Positions 53,487-64,000 of a stretch of DNA of 64,000 nucleotides are shown piece after piece; the first letter of the stretch is position 1, and each line of letters starts with the position of its first letter. The position numbers and the translations under genes were made by a program. The stretch spans positions 29,202,001 to 29,266,000 of the forward strand of contig OX597831.1 of the NCBI GenBank assembly GCA_951406725.2, written 5' to 3'. The notes beneath the pieces are model-generated. The model did not search any database. It saw nothing but the letters and a program-made list of their open reading frames with translations, and was not told where the DNA came from. Source of the DNA: Octopus vulgaris (Eukaryota).

Positions 53487-54399
53487 ACTTATAAGTAAGG
53501 GGCTAAAGAAAATTATTTTAATGCCAATATGCTGATAACAGACTATTAAATCGTCAATTTCCACATATTATTTACACGCTACAGAAAAAAAACGAAGAAC
53601 TGAAATCGGGCAAGCCGGCCGATAGAATTTTTTAAAACAGTTCGTTATTTTTATATTGAATCAATTTCGGAATTAATCTCATAAAAGATTTTTTCCTCTT
53701 CAGTAGAACATACGAAAAGATATAAGTAAGATACTTACATGCGCCCATGGAAAAAGCCGAAGCAAAAATCATGAAAGTACCCCAGATATATCTAAAAAAT
53801 AAAATTCTTTGGTCAGCCTCAGCACAACGTGTTGACTGTTCTCCACTGCAGGTTATAGTGGTTACCAGTCCCTATAGCGAGTAGTAATAAGTCTACTACT
53901 AATATAGGATGAAGTTTTTTCTGCAGAAAAATTCCATAAAAAAATGTGGTAGCATATTAAAATACCTTTACGGTTAAAATTATAAACAACTTATAAGTAA
54001 GGGCTAAAGAAAATTATTTCAATGCTAATATGCTGATAAACAGACTATTAAATCGTCAATTTCCATATATATATATTCTTTTATTTATATATTTATATAT
54101 TCTTTTATTCTTTAATTCTGTTACTTGTTTCAGTCATTTGACTGCGGCCATGATGGAGTACCGCCTTTAGTCGAGCAAATCGACCAGCCCCCTCTAGGAC
54201 TTATTCTTTGTAAGCCTAGTACTTCTTCTATCAGTCTCTTTTGCCGAACCGCTAATTTGTGGGGACGTAAAAGATAAAAGCTTAGAAGAGGTTTCACAGT
54301 CAGGAACTCTCGGGGATCGAACTCCGAAGCCCGTCCGCTGTAAACCGAGCTTCTTTTTATGTTTCCTCATTTATTTCTCATTCGTATTGACCTCATTCA

Positions 54400-54447
54400 A
54401 ACACACACACACACGCTCACACACACACACACACACACACACACGCT

Positions 54448-54505
<58 letters not shown>

Positions 54506-55350
54506 CACACACGAAATCTATCCAGCATCATCGTCATCGTCACCACGACCACGACCACCACGACCACTACCACCATCACCACCACCACCACCACCACGAC
54601 GACCACCACGACCACCATCACCACCACCACCATCACCACCACCACCACCACCACCACCACCACGACCACCACGACCACCATCACCACGACCACCACGACC
54701 ACGACCGCCGCCACCACTGCCACCGCCGCCACCACCACCACCGCCACCACCACCACCACCGCCACCACCACCACCACCGCCGCCGCCACCACAACCGCCA
54801 CCGCCGCCGCCTCCGCCTCCACCGCCATCATCATCCATCAGCCTCCACCTTTTTTCTGAACCCTACCGCCCGCCTCAATCCATCCATCTTTGTCCTGGTA
54901 AGGGTTGTGAGGTCAATATGACGTATCACTCAAGTGTCTTGCTGCAGGGTCCTAGGAAGGGATCTTCTGTTGTTGGCTGTTGGTAGTGCTGGTGTTAGTG
55001 GAGGTGGTGGTGAGGCTGTTGGTGTTGTTGCTGTTTTCGTTGGTGTTGTTGTTGTTTTTGGTGGTGGTGGTGGTGGTGGTGGTGGTGGCGGTGGTGGCGT
55101 TTCTGGTAGTTGCGAAGTTCTGTTTTGATTTATGGCCTCACGCACTAACGCCCCACCCCACCACGTCCTCCGCCTCCTCCCACTCCTCATTCCCCCTCAC
55201 CGCATCTGGTTCCAGTGTTTTACACTACCTACCACCAACACTCTAGCCTCTACTACTACTACCACCAACACTCTAGCCTCTACAACTACAACCACCACCA
55301 CCACCACCACCACCACCACCATTACCACCACCACCACCACCACCACCACA

Positions 55351-55429
<79 letters not shown>

Positions 55430-55698
55430 GTTACTCTTACTGCTACTACTACTCAATCATCACCTTCCCTACCGTTTCTACTGTCGCAGTCATCTACCCG
55501 ACACAACAACCCCCACCACACTGTCACCATCAACGGAAAGCGCTGCCCCTCCACAGCGAACCGCTCACCTTCACCCTCATCCGGCGCATGTCATTCGCCA
55601 CCTGCACCCGCTCTGCCACCGCCGTCACAACTTTCATTAGCGCCTCTGAGACAATCACCACCAACACCACCACCACCACCACCACCACCACCACCACC

Positions 55699-55743
<45 letters not shown>

Positions 55744-55826
55744 TACAACTACAACAACAACAACTACAACAGCAGCAGCAATCTGTCTTTCTTTTAACTC
55801 TACCTCTCATTCACTCTCCTTTGTGT

Positions 55827-55901
<75 letters not shown>

Positions 55902-56200
55902 TGTGTGTGTGCGTGTGTGTGTATGTGTATGTGTATGTGTGTGTATGTGTGTGTATGTGTGTGTATGTGTGTTTATAAAGGAATGTGTCTGTGTGTCTCT
56001 GTGACTGTCCGAGTGTTTCAGTGTTTATATGTGTCACTGTATGCGTGTGTGACTCTGAATGTGTGTGTGTGTGTGTATAGGAATGTATCTGTGTGTCTCT
56101 ATGACTACCCGAGTGTTTCAGCATTTGTATATGTGTCTGTGTGTGTGTCAGTGTGTTTGTGTGTTTGTGTGTGTGTGTTTTTGTGTTTTCGGGTCTGATT
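54400..56200. repeat. Microsatellite cluster: (CA)n, (CAC)n/(CCG)n, (GGT)n, (ACT)n, (AAC)n, (TG)n
   Basis: Read directly; explains the poly-T/P/G/V ORFs. Confidence 0.95.
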
Positions 56201-56267
56201 GTATGTCAGTACATTATTATACACAACATGTGTGACAACATTTTGGTGACATTCCAATGGTACAGAG

Positions 56268-56330
<63 letters not shown>

Positions 56331-56640
56331 ACACATGCACACACGCATTCACTTTTGACTCGTCTGTCTGTGTGTCTGAAGTAGTGTTTTGCTTTCCTCA
56401 ATCAGCCTTTCTCTTACACCGTCTCAATACACACATACACACACACACACATATACCTTTATATGTGTATGTATGTATCTCTTTCTCCTTTTCTCCCTCT
56501 CTCTATCTCTTTCTGTCTGTCTGTCTCTCTCTATATATATATACAAATATTCTATAATTATAAACAGTTATAATCAGGGGTTAGTTAATTGCTTTGCCAC
56601 GCACCAAATTTAGAAATAGGAGTTAAAATGCCTTTTCTGC

Positions 56641-56703
<63 letters not shown>

Positions 56704-56712
<9 letters not shown>

Positions 56713-56835
56713 GAAGGAGCTTCTACAGGACTAGAACTGTTTCATTCAAGAGAAATCTTCAGGAAGCTCCTACAGGACTAGAACTGTTTCATTCAAGAGA
56801 AATCTTCAGTCCTGTAGAAGCTCCTTCTATATAAT
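56704..56835 (-). mobile_element. Micro-element with ~29-bp terminal inverted repeats and a tandem pair of hammerhead-like cores
   Basis: TATTATATAGAAGGAGCTTCTACAGGACT is inverted at the far end. An internal 47-bp unit occurs twice and reads CTGAAGA-TTTCTCTTGAAT-GAAA-CAGTTC on the minus strand. Confidence 0.55.
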
Positions 56836-57020
56836 AAATTAATTTTACTCTGCTATGTATTGAGTACCTTATTTACTGTGGTTAACCCCGAATCAACCCG
56901 GGACCTACATATATATATATATATATATATATATAACACTACTTCAGACACACAGACAGACGAGTCAAAAGTGAATGCGTGTGTGCATGTGTAAGTGTGT
57001 GTGTGTGTGTGTGCATGTGT

Positions 57021-57054
<34 letters not shown>

Positions 57055-57127
57055 ATGTGTGTGTGCGTGCGTGTGTGTAATATAACTCTGTACCATTGGA
57101 ATGTCACCAAAATGTTGTCACACATGT

Positions 57128-57173
<46 letters not shown>

Positions 57174-58039
57174 CATATACATATATTCTTTTACATGTTT
57201 CGGTCATTTGACTGCGGCCATATTGGAGCACCACCTTTAGTCGAACAAATCGACCCCCGCCCGGTTTATTCTTTGTAAACCTTCCTTGTATGTCTCCTCC
57301 GTCATGTTTTTGTTCCCAACTTTGATCCTCCATAAATCCAAAATTTTATTTTAGAATTTATGGGAACAACTGCCTTTGAAAACTCGTATCGTCGTTGAAT
57401 GCTCGAAATGAGGAGTAGACAAACAGCCGACAACTGATGAAGAGTCATTTCATTTTGTTTACTTGTCTTGTTTCCCATTTTTTTTTTTCGTTGTTTGCGT
57501 TTTTCAGTCTTTTTCCCCGTTTGGATACGTATTTCATGTTATTTGCACGGTTGGTAACGTCCTGTACCCATATATGCATGTATATAGGCTGTGTGGTAAG
57601 TAGCTTGCTAACCAACCACATGGTTCCGGGTTCAGTCCCACTGCGTGGCATCTTGGGCAAGTGTCTTCTGCTATAGCCCCGGGCCGACCAATGCCTTGTG
57701 AGTGGATTTGGTAGACGGAAACTGAAAGAAGCCTGTCGTATATATGTTTATATATGTATATGTATGCATGTGTTTGTGTGTCTGTGTTTGTACCCCTAGC
57801 ATTGCTTGACAACCGATGCTGGTGTGTTTACGTCCCCGTCACTTAGCGGTTCGGCAAAAGAGACCGATAGAATAAGTACTGGGCTTACAAAGAATAAGTC
57901 CCGGGGTCGAGTTGCTCGACTAAAGGCGGTGCTCCAACATGGCCGCAGTCAAATGACTGAAACATGTAAAAGAGAGTAAAGAGTATATCGTTGGCGATTT
58001 TTTTCTCTGTCTTCCCTTCCTTGGATCTTTCCTTTTTCT

Positions 58040-58079
58040 AGGTTTCTGACGAAGAGCTCCGCTCGAAACGTTAAATCCT
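58040..58079 (+). ncRNA. Minimal type I hammerhead ribozyme motif (PLE-type)
   Basis: AGGTTT-CTGACGA-A-GAGC(TCC)GCTC-GAAA-CG-TTA-AATCCT. Core CUGANGA/GAAA, palindromic AACGTT stem III, NUH = UUA, imperfect stem I. Confidence 0.7.
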
Positions 58080-58371
58080 CCTTCTTTCTTTCCTTTCCTG
58101 AGCGTCCAATAACACTATACTTGTTCCACGTCCTCGCGTTGTTGTGTTTTCTCTTTGTTCATGTTAGGATTAACTATATATATGTATATATATATAAACG
58201 ACGAGCTTCTCTCATTTTCTATCTACCAAAATCCAATCACAAGACTTTGGTCTACTCGAGGCTGTAGTAGAAGATATGTAGACAGGTGTGTAGGTATATT
58301 TATTCATTTATTCCAATGGCATAAAATGATTATATTTAACTGGGAATTGAAACCGCATCGGTGATTCTGTA

Positions 58372-58640
<269 letters not shown>

Positions 58641-59178
58641 AGAGGAAGTGGAGGGAAGTGAGGAGAATAATGTATATGGCGTAAATGGATATTACTAAAT
58701 TGTCGTCCTATTGCTATCCTATCCACAGAACAAAAAAAACACCTCCCGCCCCTTCCCCGACTCTGAATATGTCAAGGAATGTCAGTCTCCGAATCACTTG
58801 ATGCTACGGCCATCATAAATATGGCGGACATCATCATGGCTGCCTGTCATGGTCTGTTGAAATGTTATTAACTGCTATGGCGTGACTCCTGTTTGGTCTG
58901 TCATTGTATCCATCTCTTCTTTCGCCCTCTCTGACCTTAGACGTACTTCAAATCACTCGCGCTCGCACACACACAAATGTATGTATGTATGTATGTATGT
59001 ATGTATGTATGTATGTATGTATGTATGTATGTATGTATGTATGTATGTATATGGTAGATGCAAGCGTCGCTGTGTGGTAAGGAGCTTGCTTCCCAACGAT
59101 AGGGTCTCGGTTTCAGTGCCAGTGTGTGGTACCTTGTGAATGAATTTGGTTGACGGAAACTGAAAGAAACCTGTCGTG

Positions 59179-59229
<51 letters not shown>

Positions 59230-60965
59230 ATGTGTGTGTGTGTGTGTGTAATTAATCATTAATAATTATTAATATATTTATATATATATATATATATATA
59301 CACATACATACATACACGCACACAGATATTTATTTATAAAGTTTAAGAGGTTTCACACGAGTATAATTTATATTAGAAAAAGAAAAACAAAAAGAAAATA
59401 CTTTGAAAACTTTATCATGAAAACACACAAACACACACACAAAACAAGAGAACGTTTATATTTTAATCTAAATTAGCTACCGACTTCAGTCACTTTAAAA
59501 ACACGATTTAATCATGCTTATTTAAAAAGAAAAATAAATTGAATTAAATTTTATTAAATTAATCTTTTTTAATATAAGCCCTGGAAAGTTCACATGTTTT
59601 TGCTAAAAGGTTCCTCAGTCGGTCTGTTTGTTTGTGGACTGGTTTGGAATAGTATCGGAAAACTTGAACTTCCTGCTTTAATACATCTAGTAACAAAGCA
59701 AGTGGCCTTGTGGTTATGGTCTTCGACCTAAGATCTTGAGGAGGATGCTTCAATTCCTGGTCTTGGTGATTCATTGCGTTCTTGAGCAAGACTCTCTATT
59801 TCATGTGGCTCCACTCTACTGAGTTTGTTATGGGTACCATCCCAGTGCTGATGCAGCTCTATTTCTTCCCCCAGCCGTAACTCATGCTGGATACTCGAAT
59901 CAATAAAGAGAGAGAGCCATGGGGGTGTCTATGTCTGCTGGCGACTACACAGGCTCCTAAAACAACTAGTGATAGCACAGTATACATTCCAAGCAACACT
60001 CGCTCGCCAGTGATGGCTGTCTGAAATATTGTTTGTCGTTGCATAAGGATTTCTCTCACTAGAACGACTGCATTTCTTTCGCTAATCACTCAAAAATCCT
60101 TGAAATTGGCACGATGAGGTTTCAACCCTCATAGACATAACGTCCAGCCCTCGTGACACCAAATACTTTTTTTATTTTTAGTGGCCATCTTGATATTATT
60201 AACGATGATAATGATGATGATAATGATGATGATGGCGGTGCTGATGCTGGTGTTGCCGATGGTAGTGTTGTTGTTGGTAGTGGTGATGACGGTGTTGGCG
60301 ATACTGTTGGTGTTGATGGTGTTGGTCGTAGCGGTTGTGCCAGTGCTGGTTATGATGATGATGGTGGTGGGGATGTTAGTAATGGTAGTGATGATGGTTA
60401 TGAATCAGAGAAGGAAATTTCTAGAAAAATATTAAGATTGAACAGAAAGGATAGAAAAGCAAAAACAAAAAACAAAAACAAAAAAGCAGATAGAAGACAG
60501 AAGACAAATGACTAAAGACAAAAGCCTGAAGACAGATGAGAGAAGACAGTAAAACAAAAAGCCAGAAATTAATAGACGACATAAGAGAGGAAAGACAAAA
60601 CGAAATTGATTGAAAGAGAGAGACTCAGTGAAGTAGAAATAGATTAAGATGGCGTTCATGGAGGAGAAAGATTTGTTTGTTTGATAAACTGGGTAATTGG
60701 AGTTACTTCAAAGTAATATGGCGATCAGTCTGGGCCGTAACGCCGCCTGGTGGGTACTATTCACGGACTTCTGGCGACGTTTCTTTCTCAATTATTTACA
60801 CATGCAGACACAACATGCACCCAAATTTACAGATACATATTCAATTATATTTATATACACATATAGACACGCATACATAGACACATACACACGCACACAC
60901 ACACGCACGCACGCACGCAGACATGCACACGCACATACAAAAATATAAAAATACATGCATATTTT

Positions 60966-61039
<74 letters not shown>

Positions 61040-61460
61040 CATTTTTATTATTATTATTAATATTATTATTATTATTATTGCTATTATTGTTATTATTATT
61101 ATCATTATTATTATTATTATTATTATTGCTATTATTGTTATTATTATTATCAATTTGCAGAACATACAGAATGATTCATAGACAGGGATTTTCGTGCATT
61201 GGCACTTATCATATGCACTCTGTAACCTCTGTTGGTTATTAAAAAAAAAATGAATATATATATATATTTATTGTCTCGGTTCTATTTTCCTGTTTGCATC
61301 ATAAAAATTGTATATGTACATATACATACATACATACATACATACATGCATACATACATACATACATACATACATACATACATACATACATACATACATA
61401 CATACATACATACATACATACATACATACATACATACATACATACATACATACATACATA

Positions 61461-62008
61461 GCGGATGCTAACATGAAGCTGAAGATCAGTGAAAAAGAGA
61501 ATATCTATGCTGAACTATTGAGAAATCTGCAGTTACTCTATCCAGATTACACGTTCAGGTTTATACCTGTAATTATTGGGACCCTGAGATATGTAGCACA
61601 CTCTCTAAATATCAATCTTGAGAAATTAGGTCTCTCAAGACCAGAAAGGAGAACACTAATTCGAAGGCTACAGATCCAATCCATCACTGGAACTGTAAAA
61701 ATCTGTAAAACTTTCCAGAAGTTTATCATTTAAATATATACGAGTATGTCTAGATATGCAACTATATGCTTGAGAATACATACATAAAATATACAAATTT
61801 GCACATACATACATGCATACATACATACGTATATACATACATACATACATACATACATACATACATACATACATACATACATACATACATACATACATAC
61901 ATACCCTGTTGTTGATGTTGAAATTCCAATGAAGGAGCATTGGGTCTAGGTTAGAAACCGGCTCTTTCTCTATTAGCAAGAAATCTTAAAATGAAACTGA
62001 ACAATGAC
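61461..62008 (+). mobile_element. 3' fragment of an R4/Dong-like non-LTR retrotransposon (restriction-like endonuclease C-terminus plus 3' UTR)
   Basis: ADANMKLKISEKENIYAELLRNLQLLYPDYTFRFIPVIIGTL..LNINLEKLG..LQIQSITGTVKICKTF* (stop at 61733) fits the D.N...K..EK...Y..L....iPviIG.LG pattern. Embedded in (CATA)n. Confidence 0.75.
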
Positions 62009-62083
62009 ATATATATATATACATACACACATACATACACACACACATACACACACACATACATACATACATACATACATACA

Positions 62084-62115
<32 letters not shown>

Positions 62116-62486
62116 GAATAAGCTCTAGGCATAAAATAAACAATGCAAATTGGCTTGACCATTAAGTAAATAATCTTCAACTCAGTGCTATAGCATCAGC
62201 CAGAAATACTTCTGTGTCCACGCGCTCAGATGGATGGCCATCACATGTGGGAGGTGACCAAGGATATACATGGGGACTCTCAAATGTGTTACTGCTCCGG
62301 TTCAGAGTTGGACCTGGGAACAAAAATGTCTTAGAAGTGGTTCTACATTCCTCAAGACCCTTGAACCCGCGAAGCAGAGCTCGACAACCGGGCGCAGTTT
62401 AAACCCATAACCAAGACATATGTATGTATATACATAGATATCCATACACTCATAGATATCCACACACACACACACACACACACACA

Positions 62487-62552
<66 letters not shown>

Positions 62553-62772
62553 ATTGACCGCTAAATTCACAAGTTGTTTTTATTTTCTGTCTGTTTATTT
62601 CCTCGTGTTACTTTCTGTTGAAGAGCGTATGCTCGAAATGTAAAAGACATTCTAACCTTCCCGCACGTCAAACTAATACACCTGCTTGTTGTTTATACAC
62701 CTGTCTTCGTCTTTCATTTTTCTGTAAATTTCAATTATATATATGTGTTTATATATATATACACACACACAG

Positions 62773-62827
<55 letters not shown>

Positions 62828-62844
62828 TTATACATATACATGTA

Positions 62845-62923
<79 letters not shown>

Positions 62924-62929
62924 CATATG

Positions 62930-62964
<35 letters not shown>

Positions 62965-63225
62965 TTATACATATACATATATGTGTGTATATATATATAC
63001 ACAAATATAAATGCACGTATTTACGAGTATATCTATCTATATGGTCAGTGTATGTATATAAACACGTCTGTATGTGTGTGTGTATATATATGTGTGTGTG
63101 TGTGAGTGTATGTGTAAATATTTATACTTATATATTTACGACACACACAAATATATTTTCAAATAAATACATGCATGTATACAAATATATAAATATATGT
63201 GTATATGTATGTATGTATATGTATA

Positions 63226-63273
<48 letters not shown>

Positions 63274-64000
63274 TGTGCTTGTCTGTGTTTGTGAAATAGA
63301 TGAAACAGTAATCTCCATCTTGTATAGTAAGGGTGTGTGGTAACACGAGGTCCTCTGAGATTTTGCCATAATTACCCACAATCTATCAAATGATCAGTCC
63401 TCTACTTGCCAGAAAATGGATATTCTGAAGACATACGTTGACATTTGGCATTTTCGGCTCCTTTATACCGACTTAATTCCTTCCCTGATTCTTAAGTTGC
63501 CTTTGTTTGTTTGTGTGTTTGTTTCTTGGGCAGCACCTGTTTGAAAGATAAACTCTCATACCCACCCCGCCATATGTATGTGCCTGCGCGTGTGTGTGTG
63601 CGTATGTATGTATGTATGTATGTATGTATGTATGTATGTATGTATGTATGTATGTATGTATGTATGTATGTATGTACGTATGTGTGTACGTATGTGTGTG
63701 TATGTATGTATGTATGTATGTACGTATGTGTGTGTATGTATGTATGTATGTACATATGTGTGTGTATGTATGTATGTATGTATGTATCTATGTATCTATG
63801 TATGTATGTATGTGTGTGTATGTATGTATGTATGTATGTATGTATGTATGTATGTATGTATGTACGTACGTACGTGTGTGTGTATATATATGTATATATA
63901 TATGTATGTACGTACGTGTGTGTATATATATGTATGTATGTACGTACGTGTGTGTATATATGTATGTATCTATGTATGTATGTATCTACGTGCGTGTGTG

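Noticed and set aside
57400-57450. GCTC-GAAA...CTGATGA-AGAGT permuted (type II-like) hammerhead arrangement; similar traces at 7660-7720, 37595-37650, 45068 and 46650
   Set aside because: Stems I and III and an NUH site could not be convincingly paired by eye.
58800-58885. Clustered ATGGCG/ATGGCT (YY1-like) motifs; similar unique islands at 48590-48720 and 50285-50410
   Set aside because: Short motifs with no associated gene or conservation data, so they could be chance.
59559-60089. Two protein-looking minus-strand segments (EVQVFRYYSKPVHKQ.., ISERNAVVLVREILMQ..)
   Set aside because: No recognisable family, weak splice sites and partial overlap with a SINE relic. They cannot be supported without RNA-seq or a homology search.

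Overview
AT-rich eukaryotic (metazoan) genomic DNA, very dense in microsatellites and tRNA-derived SINEs. The repeat landscape resembles octopus/cephalopod genomes; this taxon call is an inference. There are three credible genes: an intronless CCDC113/CFAP263-like coiled-coil gene (1975-3162), a single-coding-exon multi-CCHC zinc-knuckle protein with about 40 Thr/Ala octapeptide repeats and one frameshifting base (19961-23591), and tRNA-Lys(CTT) (36955-37027). The rest is mostly mobile DNA: Helitrons (one with a PIF1-like helicase remnant), Tc1 and mariner relics, MITEs with 8- and 9-bp target-site duplications (TSDs), a Penelope-like element (PLE) with inverted pseudo-LTRs and a GIY-YIG remnant, an R4/Dong-like non-LTR 3' fragment sitting in (CATA)n, and a 1.8-kb A/T-tract satellite. 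The most notable recurring signal is a dispersed set of minimal hammerhead-ribozyme-like motifs in short elements, several of them at (TA)n tracts, together with many local inverted duplications anchored on (TA)n. Nearly all other ORFs in the track are microsatellite or SINE artefacts. Repeat boundaries were read by eye and are approximate unless a TSD or terminus is quoted.
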